Positions 1 through 9,060 of a stretch of 64,000 nt of DNA are shown here, one piece after another. The notes under the pieces are model-generated. The model ran no database searches. It was not told where the DNA came from and saw only the letters and a list, made by a program, of their open reading frames with translations. Both the position numbers and the translations under genes were made by a program. Position 1 is the stretch's first letter, and every line of letters starts with the position of its first letter. This DNA is from Sphaerochaetaceae bacterium. GTDB lineage: Bacteria; Spirochaetota; Spirochaetia; Sphaerochaetales; Sphaerochaetaceae. The DNA lies in contig JAQVSP010000001.1 of NCBI GenBank assembly GCA_028700425.1, forward strand, positions 1,237 through 65,236, read 5' to 3'.

Positions 1-1141
1 TTCCCATGGCCTTGAGGTCGCTTATGATCTGCTTGTCTGCATCCTTTACGAAGATGCCCTGGTAGTCGGAAACCTCGCTGGTGAAGTTGCAGTCCTGGTC
101 TATCGGGCAAACCACAGGGATTCCAGTGTCCTTGAGAACCTGGTAGTCATCCTCGCCAAAGCCTGGGGCTGTATGGACTATGCCGCAGCCGTCCTCGGTC
201 GTAACATAGTCGCCTAGCACTGTTATGAAGGCTCCCTTTGCCTTCAGGTCCTTGAAGTATGGGAAAAGAGGCTCATAGGTCTTGCCTGCAAGGTCTGTGC
301 CCTTGCAGCTTTCCAGTATCTCGTACTCGCTTTCGTCCTTGTAGTAGGCATGAAGCCTGGCCTTGCCGAGGATGTACTTCTCACCAGAGGCCTTGTCAAG
401 GATCTTGACATAGTCAATGTCCTTTCCCAGAGCAAGGGCAAGGTTGCTTGGAAGGGTCCACGGGGTTGTGGTCCATGCAAGGAAGTAGGAGTCATCGTCG
501 TCCCTCTTGAACTTAACGGTTATTGCCTGGTCTACCACATCCTGATAGCCGCCCAGGTTCACCTCCATGTTTGAAAGCGGTGAGCCTAGCCCTGGCGAAT
601 AAGCAAGAACATTGTAGCCTTCATAGATGAGGCCCTTGTCATAAAGGGTCTTGAAGATCCACCAGATGCTCTCCATATAGCTTGTGTCCATGGTCTTGTA
701 GCCATGCTCGAAGTCCACCCAGCGTCCAATGCGGGAGATGATCTGCTTCCATTCCTCAGTGTAGGTGAGCACAATGGACCTGCAGTACTCATTGTACTTG
801 GCCACTCCGTACTCCTCTATTGCATTGTGCCCGCTGATTCCAAGGCGCTTGTTTGCATCGTTCTCAACCGGAAGACCGTGGCAGTCCCATCCGAAGGTGC
901 GCGGGACCTTGTAGCCCTGCATTGTCTTGTAGCGAGGGAAAATGTCCTTTATGGTACCAGGCACAAGATGGCCGAAGTGAGGCAAGCCGGTAGCAAAGGG
1001 AGGGCCGTCATAAATCCTATACTCCTTGCTGGACTGTCTTTGATCAATTGACTTCTGGAAGATGTCATTATCATTCCAGAACTTGAGTACTGACTCTTCC
1101 ATCTTCGGAAACTGAACTTTTGGATCTACGCTCTTATACAT
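1..1141 (-). CDS. ileS: isoleucine--tRNA ligase, N-terminal part (gene runs off the window start)
   Basis: Absent from the ORF track because it is open at the window edge. My reverse-strand translation from the ATG at 1141..1139 gives [31 protein letters not shown]...[50 protein letters not shown]. This shows the class I HIGH motif (HFGH) and the WDCHGLP block of type 2 (eukaryote-like) IleRS. AGGAGG lies 8 nt upstream. Confidence 0.9.
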   Translation of the reverse strand, partial: MYKSVDPKVQFPKMEESVLKFWNDNDIFQKSIDQRQSSKEYRIYDGPPFATGLPHFGHLVPGTIKDIFPRYKTMQGYKVPRTFGWDCHGLPVENDANKRLGISGHNAIEEYGVAKYNEYCRSIVLTYTEEWKQIISRIGRWVDFEHGYKTMDTSYMESIWWIFKTLYDKGLIYEGYNVLAYSPGLGSPLSNMEVNLGGYQDVVDQAITVKFKRDDDDSYFLAWTTTPWTLPSNLALALGKDIDYVKILDKASGEKYILGKARLHAYYKDESEYEILESCKGTDLAGKTYEPLFPYFKDLKAKGAFITVLGDYVTTEDGCGIVHTAPGFGEDDYQVLKDTGIPVVCPIDQDCNFTSEVSDYQGIFVKDADKQIISDLKAMG

Positions 1142-1250
1142 TGTATGAGCCTCCTGTGTAACGTTGACATTATGGTCATTTTGTCCCTTTGTTTCAACCG
1201 TTGGCTTGAACTCTATTCCAGCACAATTTCTTTTTTGCTATCATGAAGCC

Positions 1251-2579
1251 ATGTTGAGCTATCCTGTTTCACAAAAGCTGTCAGACTTTGCCAAGATATT
1301 CACAAAGCAAGGCAGAAAGGTCTATCTGGTTGGAGGCGCTGTTCGCGACTTCCTTCTTGGAGAGCCTAACGATGACTATGATTTCTGCACAGATGCAAGG
1401 CCTGAAGATGTCATCTCGATGTTTCGAAGGACCTATCCAACAGGCATAAAGCATGGAACAGTGACTGTCCGCTTCAACGGCGAATGCTATGAGGTGACAA
1501 CCTTTCGCACAGACGGCTCCTACATTGACCATCGCCACCCTCAGGATGTGAGCTTCACAGAGGACATAGCCCAGGACCTTTGCAGGCGGGACTTCACAAT
1601 CAATGCCTTTGCTGCTGACTTGGGAACTGGTGCGATCATTGACCTGTTCAATGGCTGCGAGGACCTTAGGCAAGGGGTTGTAAGATGCATCGGAGAGCCC
1701 CAAAAGCGCTTTGAGGAGGATGCCCTGAGGCTCATGAGAGCCATAAGGTTTGCCTCCAAGCTTGGCTTTATCATTGAGGATGAAACCTGGAAAGCCCTAT
1801 GCCTCAAGCATTCAGACCTGGCCTTTGTTGCCAAGGAAAGAATCCGCGAGGAGCTTATGAAGATCATCAACGGCCCTCGACCTGAAATGGGGATAAGGCT
1901 CATGCATGAAAGCGGCCTCCTTTCCATAGTCCTTCCAGAGCTTGAGGCCTGTGAATCGATTGCTCCCTGCAAGCATCATAGCCGCCCTCTGCTTGAGCAT
2001 CAGTTAGCCGCCCTTGACTTTGCCTCTTCCCAAAACTATTGCCAGGCTGTAAGGCTTGCCGCCTTGCTTCATGACATCGGCAAGCCTGAAGCTGCTGTAG
2101 TCCGAAATGACAGTGAGACCTACTATGGACACGAGATCATCTCAGAAAGCATGACAAGGGCCCTGATGAATCGCCTTCGCTTCTCAAACGACGAGATCGA
2201 TCTTACCTGCCATCTGGTTGCCAATCATATGTTCCATTACGAGGCAAGCTGGACAGATGCCGCAGTCAGACGGTTTGTCAACAAGGTTGGACTGGATTGC
2301 TTAGAGCTTCTTTTCCAGCTTCGCAGATGTGACCGATACGCCATAGACGGCAGCCTGGACGAATCAGACATCATTGAGCTAGGCAGGAGGATAAGGGAGA
2401 TACAGTCCCCTAGCCTCTTGATAAAGGACCTGGCTGTGAATGGGCGCGACATGATGGGCCTTGGCCTGAAGGGCCAGGATATAGGAAGGGTTCTCAGCGC
2501 TCTTCTGGAGAAGGTCATCGAGAGCCCTGAACTAAATGAAAAAAAGACCTTGCTGGATCTAGCTAGGTCTCTTTTGTAG
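1251..2579 (+). CDS. cca: CCA-adding enzyme / tRNA nucleotidyltransferase with C-terminal HD domain
   Basis: VYLVGGAVRDFLLG...DYDF and RRDFTINA polymerase-beta nucleotidyltransferase motifs, plus an LHDIGKP HD motif. I prefer the ATG at 1251 (MLSYPVSQKL...) to the TTG at 1164 given in the track. Confidence 0.8.
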   Translation: MLSYPVSQKLSDFAKIFTKQGRKVYLVGGAVRDFLLGEPNDDYDFCTDARPEDVISMFRRTYPTGIKHGTVTVRFNGECYEVTTFRTDGSYIDHRHPQDVSFTEDIAQDLCRRDFTINAFAADLGTGAIIDLFNGCEDLRQGVVRCIGEPQKRFEEDALRLMRAIRFASKLGFIIEDETWKALCLKHSDLAFVAKERIREELMKIINGPRPEMGIRLMHESGLLSIVLPELEACESIAPCKHHSRPLLEHQLAALDFASSQNYCQAVRLAALLHDIGKPEAAVVRNDSETYYGHEIISESMTRALMNRLRFSNDEIDLTCHLVANHMFHYEASWTDAAVRRFVNKVGLDCLELLFQLRRCDRYAIDGSLDESDIIELGRRIREIQSPSLLIKDLAVNGRDMMGLGLKGQDIGRVLSALLEKVIESPELNEKKTLLDLARSLL

Positions 2580-2580
2580 G

Positions 2581-3159
2581 TCAATTCTTCTCAAAGCAGG
2601 AATCAAGGGCCTCCTTTAGCTTGTCAAAGGCCTGGCTAGCCTGCTGAGGATCTGGGAAAAGGGATGCATCGGTGCAGACAGCCTTGATTGTGCTTTCGAT
2701 CTGAGCCTTTACATTGGCAACGGGAATCATGTGAAGCACCCACACTCCTCCGCTCTTGTCCTCCCAGAAGTCGACCTCTGTTACGCCGGTCAGCAAGGCT
2801 TTTCCTGCTTCTACGGCCTGGGAGACAAACCTGTCAATGTAGGTCTCCTTGCCATCTTCGCTTGTCTCCTCCAGGTAGCGGTCTCGCACAGCCTCTACAG
2901 ACTTGGAAACCCAGAGAGCGATGTTGGCATCAGCGTTCAGCTTGGCCTTAAGCAAGGCTGTCTCAAAGGTCTTGCCAGTGCCATAGCCGGAGGCATAGTG
3001 CTTGAAGTCATTTGACTGGTCCTGAATGACCCAGTCAGGACGGCTTATCCCGTTCTTTCCCTTGACGCTCTTGTTCTGTGACATAGCCACATCATGGTTT
3101 GTTGCACACGATGACAGCAGAAGAAGCGCAGCTAGCATTATAAGGATGGCTTTTCTCAT
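2581..3159 (-). CDS. putative lipoprotein (LPP20-like)
   Basis: Signal peptide plus lipobox MRKAILIMLAALLLLSSC. GGAG lies 6 nt upstream of the ATG at 3159. The function is not recognisable with certainty. Confidence 0.6.
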   Translation of the reverse strand: MRKAILIMLAALLLLSSCATNHDVAMSQNKSVKGKNGISRPDWVIQDQSNDFKHYASGYGTGKTFETALLKAKLNADANIALWVSKSVEAVRDRYLEETSEDGKETYIDRFVSQAVEAGKALLTGVTEVDFWEDKSGGVWVLHMIPVANVKAQIESTIKAVCTDASLFPDPQQASQAFDKLKEALDSCFEKN

Positions 3160-3212
3160 TGTAATCTCCACCTCTTAATGCTAAGGCTTTTCTGTGTTCT
3201 TGAAAAGACCTT

Positions 3213-3953
3213 TTATTCCTTGTCAAGATCGAGAGCTTCTACTGCAAGCCTTGCAGCATTCTGCTCGGCTTCCTTCTTGTTCCGGCCTTGCACTGGTCCA
3301 TAGGAGAAGCCGTGGAACTCCACCTTGTATGTAAAGACCTGGTCATGATCAGGTCCGCTGTGATCCAGCATTGTGTAGGAAGGCACTTTCTTGAAGCGCT
3401 TCTGGACATATTCCTGAAGAATTGTCTTGTAGTCCTTATGGCCCTTGTTTGAGATCACCTGCTGAATCTGGGGAACAAGAAGCCTGAGGATGAGAGCTTG
3501 CGCTGCTTCCAGCCCGCTGTCCAGCGACACTGAAGCAAAGACAGCTTCCATGCAATCGGCAAGAATGGCTTTCTTGCGCGGTCCACCGGTAGCTGCCTCT
3601 CCCTTGCCGACTCTGATGAAGGAGCTTATATCAAGCAAGCTTGCAGCTGTTGCAAGGGCTTCCTCGCTGACTACCGAGCTTCTTATGCGTGTGCATTCAC
3701 CCTCATTGAAGTCATAGTGATCATAAAGATATCTAGAGATTGCATATTCCAGCACAGCATCCCCAAGGAACTCAAGCCTTTCATTATCCTGAAAGCCTTG
3801 GTCCCTGTTCTCATTGGCAAAAGAGCTGTGGGTGAGAGCCTGGTCCAGGATCTCAACGCTCTTGAAGCTATACTGAAGAGCTTGCTGAAATAGAAAAAGC
3901 TCCTTCTGCCTTTCTGGGGACAGTTGAGGAGCTCTAGCGCTGGCTGATACCAT
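3213..3953 (-). CDS. rnc: ribonuclease III
   Basis: ERLEFLGDAVLE signature and a C-terminal dsRBD (KDYKTILQEYVQK...). Sits in the rpmF-acpP-rnc synteny. Confidence 0.9.
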   Translation of the reverse strand: MVSASARAPQLSPERQKELFLFQQALQYSFKSVEILDQALTHSSFANENRDQGFQDNERLEFLGDAVLEYAISRYLYDHYDFNEGECTRIRSSVVSEEALATAASLLDISSFIRVGKGEAATGGPRKKAILADCMEAVFASVSLDSGLEAAQALILRLLVPQIQQVISNKGHKDYKTILQEYVQKRFKKVPSYTMLDHSGPDHDQVFTYKVEFHGFSYGPVQGRNKKEAEQNAARLAVEALDLDKE

Positions 3954-3954
3954 C

Positions 3955-4200
3955 TTAGCCTATTATCTTGACCAGGTACTTAACCACGTCTCCGACAGTC
4001 TCGAAGCTTCTGACATCCGCCTCAGGAATCTCCTGAAGACTGAAGGTCTCCTCAAAGTTGCTGACCATCTCAAGAATATCCATGCTGTCTGCGCGCAAAT
4101 CATTGACAAAGGATGCTTCTGCCTTTACAGCAGCTTCATCAACTCCAAGCTGATTGACTATGGTCTTCTTGACTGTATCGAATATCTGATTCTCTGTCAT
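3955..4200 (-). CDS. acpP: acyl carrier protein
   Basis: 81 aa with a DLRADSMDILEMV phosphopantetheine-attachment Ser motif. Confidence 0.9.
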   Translation of the reverse strand: MTENQIFDTVKKTIVNQLGVDEAAVKAEASFVNDLRADSMDILEMVSNFEETFSLQEIPEADVRSFETVGDVVKYLVKIIG

Positions 4201-4203
4201 TTG

Positions 4204-4386
4204 CTATTTCTCCAGCTCAACAACCTGCTGACCCTTGTAGTAGCCGCACTTTGGGCAAACTCTATGGGGCAGGATCATATTGCCGCAGGAAGGGCACTTG
4301 CACAAGGTTGGAGCGGCAAGCTTCATGTTTGAAGCCTTTCTTGATGCGGCCTTGGCCTTGGAAGTTTTATATTTTGGAACTGCCAT
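4204..4386 (-). CDS. rpmF: 50S ribosomal protein L32
   Basis: MAVPKYKTSKAKAASRKA... with CPSCG...CPKCG zinc ribbon. Start trimmed to the ATG at 4386, which has an AGGA upstream. Confidence 0.9.
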   Translation of the reverse strand: MAVPKYKTSKAKAASRKASNMKLAAPTLCKCPSCGNMILPHRVCPKCGYYKGQQVVELEK

Positions 4387-4480
4387 TATTTTTTCCTCTC
4401 TTATGAAAAATTCTTTTACGAGAATACCCAATATGCATTCCTTAGTCAACACTTGGGTCAATTATGCAAGAAAAAACTCC

Positions 4481-5833
4481 TTACATCCTCTTTATCAGCC
4501 TGATAGCCATTGGATACATTGGATCGGAGGTCTTTCGCCTATACTCAAAGCCCGGCATGCCGAAGGTCCTGAGGACTATGCAATGGTCCTTGTCGGCTTC
4601 AGTGCTGGTCATGTAGTATGGCTTGTCAAATCCAAAATATGAAAGGTCAATAGGCTCTCCCTTGCTCTTGCTATAGGCAATTACATTGTTGAAATAGCGA
4701 AGAAGCTCGGCCATCTCCGATCTTGAAGGGATGAACCAGCCCTCTCCAAGCGCCTTGATGAAAGGCAGGTCCATCTTAAGGGTGTTTGACAGCCCATCTG
4801 AGTCGGCTCCCGTCAATACGCCATCGCTGCCGTAGGAGAATGCGTTTGACACAAAGCCATCGCTTCCAGTGATCTGCAGATCTGTGTCTGCGGCCTTAAG
4901 ATAGCGCCAGCCCTCTGTTTCCTCTCCCTTGTCATAGAAGCAATAGCCTTGAGGAAAGCCAGAGCTCCTGCAGATGGATATGGTCTTGCTTCGCAGCCCT
5001 AGCGGGCTGATGCAGAAGGCCTCATATTCCTCATCCTCGGCAATCTCAATGGGCTGTGTGTAAAGCCTAGCTTCAAGCTCGCTTGATCGCTTTGCATAGA
5101 TGAAGCTTCCCTTCGGACTTGAAAGCCTGAGCATCGAGGTTTCAATCTCATAGGCAGGCTCTATGGCTCTAGTTATCTCAATGCGCTTGACAACAGCATT
5201 TGCCTTGCCAGCAGTCCTGCAGTCCAGCTTGCATGGCCTTGAGATGCTTATGGCCTGATCATAGAGAGCAAAGGCGGATCCATCGATCCTGAACTCGATC
5301 TTGTCCTTGCCTGAAAGGGTCACAAGCTTCTTCTCTCCAAGAAACAGATCCTTGACGCAGGCCTTGGGAAGCTCTGAAGAGGGGCTGTATGAATAGGATG
5401 CAACCATAGTCTCTGCGATCGAGTCTCCCCTGTTCTCAAGTCCATAGGCCTCGACAACATCCCCATCGCTGAGCTCAATAGGCCCATCGTAGACCTGGAA
5501 GGCCCCATTGCCCTTCCTATAGGCAAGCTTCAGCCCAATTGGAGCGATTATCTCCAGCCTGTCATCCTTCAGCGAGAAAGAGGGAGCTGGAAGGCTTGAG
5601 ACAAGGAAGGTCTCGATAGCCTGGGCTGTGCATCCTTCACAGCAGGCCTTTATCGTCACATCGCCCTTGAAGCACAAGGGCTGGGTGTAGGCAGCTCTTG
5701 TTGCGCTGAAAGAAGGGTCTGTCAAGTCGCTAGTGTAGTAGACAGTTCGGCCATCATGAGAGAATAGCATCACCTGTGCGCCTTGTGTCACTGGACCTGA
5801 AAAGCTTATCACTGGCTTATTATTGTTGTTCAT
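4481..5833 (-). CDS. hypothetical repeat protein: four Ig/Fn3-associated-like modules plus a C-terminal DUF1566-like domain
   Basis: Four roughly 75-aa modules each carry a Y-[TD]-[QG]-[PA]-[LI] motif (AAYTQPLCF, FQVYDGPIEL, FALYDQAISI, ARLYTQPIEI). The C-terminus GEGWFIPSRSEMAELL...YYMTSTE...IRLI resembles the Lcl/DUF1566 pattern. No signal peptide is seen. The family assignment comes from motif memory only. Confidence 0.5.
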   Translation of the reverse strand: MNNNNKPVISFSGPVTQGAQVMLFSHDGRTVYYTSDLTDPSFSATRAAYTQPLCFKGDVTIKACCEGCTAQAIETFLVSSLPAPSFSLKDDRLEIIAPIGLKLAYRKGNGAFQVYDGPIELSDGDVVEAYGLENRGDSIAETMVASYSYSPSSELPKACVKDLFLGEKKLVTLSGKDKIEFRIDGSAFALYDQAISISRPCKLDCRTAGKANAVVKRIEITRAIEPAYEIETSMLRLSSPKGSFIYAKRSSELEARLYTQPIEIAEDEEYEAFCISPLGLRSKTISICRSSGFPQGYCFYDKGEETEGWRYLKAADTDLQITGSDGFVSNAFSYGSDGVLTGADSDGLSNTLKMDLPFIKALGEGWFIPSRSEMAELLRYFNNVIAYSKSKGEPIDLSYFGFDKPYYMTSTEADKDHCIVLRTFGMPGFEYRRKTSDPMYPMAIRLIKRM

Positions 5834-5858
5834 TTTTTGCCTCTGCCTGATTATGCAT

Positions 5859-6344
5859 CTATTTTACATCCTTTGCTAGCTTGTCCTGCAGCTTTGCTGC
5901 CACAAGAGGGTCCACCATTGCCGAGATATCGCCTCCGAAGGTGGCTATCTCCTTTATGGCAGAGGATCTGAGAAGAAAGAACTTGGGATCTGTGGGCATG
6001 AAAAGCACTTCCAGGGAAGGAAGAAGCTCACGGTTTGTCATTGCAAGCTCGAATTCATAGCCAAAGTCGTTCAAGGCTCGAACCCCTCTGATCATTACGG
6101 TTATCTCGTGGCTTCTTGCGAATTCAACCACAAGGCCTCTGTGAATCACTACTTCCACATTGTCAAGGTCCTTGAGAAGAGCTTCAAGAAGCTCCTTTCT
6201 TTCCTGTGCAGAGAACAGGCTCTTCTTGTAGATGTTCTCGCTGATCACAACAAAAAGCCTGTCATAAAGCTTGGCTGATCTTCTTATGATATCAAGATGG
6301 CCAAGAGTCGGCGGATCGAAGGATCCTGGAAGCATGGCTATCAT
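5859..6344 (-). CDS. coaD: phosphopantetheine adenylyltransferase
   Basis: GSFDPPTLGHLDII nucleotidyltransferase motif, 161 aa. ATGA overlap with the upstream gene. Confidence 0.9.
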   Translation of the reverse strand: MIAMLPGSFDPPTLGHLDIIRRSAKLYDRLFVVISENIYKKSLFSAQERKELLEALLKDLDNVEVVIHRGLVVEFARSHEITVMIRGVRALNDFGYEFELAMTNRELLPSLEVLFMPTDPKFFLLRSSAIKEIATFGGDISAMVDPLVAAKLQDKLAKDVK

Positions 6345-6832
6345 GACTTAAGCTCCTCGACATAGCGCTTGTGGCTGGCATATTGCTCATTGGTCTCATA
6401 GGCTATGCGCTTAACTATCTCGAACTTGTTTTCCTCGGTCGTCCTGATAACGGCAAACGCGCCTTTTCCAACATAGCTTATCTTCTCGTCGCTCTTGATT
6501 TGCTCATCTTCTGCGATCTTCTTGATCACACAGTCAAAATGGCTGTAGCCATTATCGCCTTCGCTTATAGCCTCAGCAATTGCTCCTATGGGCTGGCCGC
6601 ATAAGGCACAGAGCACCTTTGGCTCATTGACTCTCTTAAGCTCTATTGAGTAGTCAAGCACTTTCGGGTTGCTCCTGCGAACCTCATCTGGCTTAAGAAC
6701 ATTGAAGGCTTTCTGTTGCTGCTGCTTCTGCTTGACCTGCTGGGCCTTCTGAGGGCTGTTCTGTCCTTGCTTCTGAGCTTTCCTTCGCCTTTTCTGGCCG
6801 CCTTTCCTGGCGTCCTGGATCTTCTCTTCCAA
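6341..6832 (-). CDS. hypothetical basic protein with a K/Q-rich N-terminus and a CxxC...HxxC motif
   Basis: TTG start with AGGAG 7 nt upstream. N-terminus KGGQKRRRKAQKQGQNSPQKAQQVKQKQQQQK, then CALCGQP...HFDC. Translationally coupled to coaD. Confidence 0.5.
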   Translation of the reverse strand: MEEKIQDARKGGQKRRRKAQKQGQNSPQKAQQVKQKQQQQKAFNVLKPDEVRRSNPKVLDYSIELKRVNEPKVLCALCGQPIGAIAEAISEGDNGYSHFDCVIKKIAEDEQIKSDEKISYVGKGAFAVIRTTEENKFEIVKRIAYETNEQYASHKRYVEELKS

Positions 6833-6893
6833 TTGATCGCTCCTTAAGGAAAATATAGATTAAAAAGACTTGATTCTTCAAGCCTGCGGATAC

Positions 6894-6926
6894 ACAAAAA
6901 CGACGGATGCAATCGCGTTCCGCCGT
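6894..6926 (-). terminator. rho-independent terminator after rplS
   Basis: Reverse strand reads ACGGCGGA-loop-TCCGTCGT followed by TTTTG. The stem has a G.U on the minus-strand RNA but an A.C mismatch on the plus strand, so the orientation fits the rplS operon. Confidence 0.6.
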
Positions 6927-6956
6927 TTTTTAATCAAATAGGCCAGATGGCCTTGA

Positions 6957-7313
6957 TCAAGCCTGCTTCTTCTTGATGAGCTCAGGAACCTTGGCAGCCT
7001 TGCCGACCTTGTCCCTGAGGTAATAGAGCTTGGCGCGTCTTACGCGGCCACGGCGTACGACCTCGATCCTCTCCACTCTGGGTGAATGAAGGGGAAAGAT
7101 CCTCTCAACTCCAACTCCATTGGAAATCTTCCTGACAACGAATGTCTTTCTGATTCCGCCGTTGTTGATGGCGATGATGATGCCCTCGAAGACCTGAACT
7201 CTTTCTGTGGCTCCCTCGACAATCTTGAAATATACCTTAGCGGTATCACCAACGTGAATCTCGGTCACGTTCTCTTTGATCTGCTGCTCTTCGATGGCTT
7301 TAATGGTGTCCAT
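6957..7313 (-). CDS. rplS: 50S ribosomal protein L19
   Basis: [13 protein letters not shown]...VGDTAKV...[16 protein letters not shown]. Start trimmed to the ATG at 7313 (GAGGA upstream). Confidence 0.9.
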   Translation of the reverse strand: MDTIKAIEEQQIKENVTEIHVGDTAKVYFKIVEGATERVQVFEGIIIAINNGGIRKTFVVRKISNGVGVERIFPLHSPRVERIEVVRRGRVRRAKLYYLRDKVGKAAKVPELIKKKQA

Positions 7314-7329
7314 TGCTTTTCCTCGCAAA

Positions 7330-8043
7330 TTAATAATTCTTCTTCAAGAGCCTTCTCGCCCTGTCATCCAAAAATGACAGATCATAAAGCTCCGGCCGGT
7401 TGGACAATGTCTTCTCCAGCCTTTTTTGCATCCGCCACTGTTCTATGTTGGCGTGATGACCGGACAATAATACATCAGGAACCGTCTTTTCGCAATAGGT
7501 TTGCGGCCTAGTATATTGCGGATATTCGAGAAAAGGTCCGGTGAAACTTTCCTCGCTCAACGATTCAGGTGCAAGCACTCCAGGCACCAGGCGATATACA
7601 GCATCCACAATGGCAAGGCATGCCACCTCTCCGCTGCTTATCACATAGTCTCCTATGCTTATCTCATCATCTACCCAGAGATCTATGATCCTTTGGTCAA
7701 GGCCTTCATAGTGTCCGCAGATGATGACCAGGTTCTCCTCGCGGGAAAGCTCCTGGGCATAGGACTGGGTGAACTGCCGTCCTGATGGGGACATGTAGAT
7801 CACTCGCTTGGATCTGGCATTCAGGGCTTCAAGGGCTTTTCCAAGAGGCTCAGGCTTGAGCACCATGCCTGCTCCCCCGCCATAAGGTACGTCATCGCAC
7901 TTATGATGAGGATCCTCTGCATAAGGCCTCCAGTCGATCAAGCTGTATGAGATGATTCCATTCTCTACAGCCCTCTTCATTATGGAGTTCTCAAAAAAGC
8001 CTTCAAGCATCCCCGGGAAAAGAGTAAGAACCTCGATGTTCAT
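7330..8043 (-). CDS. trmD: tRNA (guanine37-N1)-methyltransferase
   Basis: [12 protein letters not shown]...[13 protein letters not shown]...GHYEGLDQR motifs in operon context. Confidence 0.9.
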   Translation of the reverse strand: MNIEVLTLFPGMLEGFFENSIMKRAVENGIISYSLIDWRPYAEDPHHKCDDVPYGGGAGMVLKPEPLGKALEALNARSKRVIYMSPSGRQFTQSYAQELSREENLVIICGHYEGLDQRIIDLWVDDEISIGDYVISSGEVACLAIVDAVYRLVPGVLAPESLSEESFTGPFLEYPQYTRPQTYCEKTVPDVLLSGHHANIEQWRMQKRLEKTLSNRPELYDLSFLDDRARRLLKKNY

Positions 8044-8546
8044 TCAGCAAGCCTCGGTTCAAGAAGGACCAGGGTGCCTGCCTTAAGGTCAATCTGACCT
8101 ACGTAGACATCCCGAAGGAAAGGCAGAAAGTAAACTGCGCTTTCCCTCTTGACTTCCAGAAGAATGGCCTGTGCGCCTTCGCACCAGCTTTTCACTATTC
8201 CAAGATGCTGTCCATCTGGGTCTATGACATTCAAGCCGATCAAGTCAGAGATATAATGCTCTCCCTTCTTCAGCTTGCTTGCCTGTGTCCGAGGCACAAG
8301 TATCTCATAGCCATTGAAGGCTTTCGCCTTCTCAGGACTATCAATGCCTTCAAAGCGGATCATCGGACCATCTGCGCAAAGCTCACACTCGACAATGACA
8401 GCCTTCTTCAGCTCATCACCCTTCTTCAGGACAACCTCATGAAGGCTCTTGAAGTGAGAGAAATCATCTGAAAAGGCCTGAACTTTCAGAAATCCCTTCA
8501 GCCCAAAGGCTGTCCGGACCCTTCCAGTGGCCAAAAGGCCGTCCAT
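8040..8546 (-). CDS. rimM: 16S rRNA processing protein RimM
   Basis: GRVRTAFGLKGFLKV N-terminus and a PRC-barrel C-terminus. Start trimmed to the ATG at 8546, which overlaps the KH gene stop by 1 nt (TGATG). Confidence 0.8.
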   Translation of the reverse strand: MDGLLATGRVRTAFGLKGFLKVQAFSDDFSHFKSLHEVVLKKGDELKKAVIVECELCADGPMIRFEGIDSPEKAKAFNGYEILVPRTQASKLKKGEHYISDLIGLNVIDPDGQHLGIVKSWCEGAQAILLEVKRESAVYFLPFLRDVYVGQIDLKAGTLVLLEPRLAE

Positions 8547-8785
8547 CAGTCCATTATCTCCAGTGTGGCTCTCGCTCCAGTCTTCGAAGCACATGCGCTT
8601 AGCACTGTGCGTATGGCCTTTGCGATCCTGCCTTGCTTTCCGATCACCTTGCCAACATCGCTTTCAGCCACTGACAGCTTGAGGACAACTTCATTGCCGT
8701 CCCCACCCTCAGCTACGCTGACCTGGTCAGGATTGTCGACCAGGGCCTTGGCAAGGAATTCTACCAGTTCCTTTTCCATTTCCAT
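8546..8785 (-). CDS. KH domain RNA-binding protein (UPF0109/YlqC-like)
   Basis: 79 aa with the VIGKQGRIAKAIR KH motif, located between rpsP and rimM. Confidence 0.8.
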   Translation of the reverse strand: MEMEKELVEFLAKALVDNPDQVSVAEGGDGNEVVLKLSVAESDVGKVIGKQGRIAKAIRTVLSACASKTGARATLEIMD

Positions 8786-9051
8786 TACTGAGCCTTGCTC
8801 GGTGCAAGACTGATGCCCTTCCTGTTCAGAAGGCCCTTGACTGTTGTGCTTGGGACTGCACCCTTTGCAATCCAGTCTACAGCCTTGTCGGCATCGATCT
8901 CGATCTGCTTGTCTTCAGCCTCTACAGGATGATATAAGCCAATCTCGTCGATGACCTTTCCGCTGATAGCCCTATGGCTGTCCATGATGACGACCCTGTA
9001 GTAAGGTCTCTTCTTGGTGCCGAAGCGCTTAAGTCTCATGCTTACGCTCAC
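8785..9051 (-). CDS. rpsP: 30S ribosomal protein S16
   Basis: MSVSMRLKRFGTKKRPYYRVVIMDS. Confidence 0.9.
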   Translation of the reverse strand: MSVSMRLKRFGTKKRPYYRVVIMDSHRAISGKVIDEIGLYHPVEAEDKQIEIDADKAVDWIAKGAVPSTTVKGLLNRKGISLAPSKAQ

Positions 9052-9060
9052 TTGTTCCTC

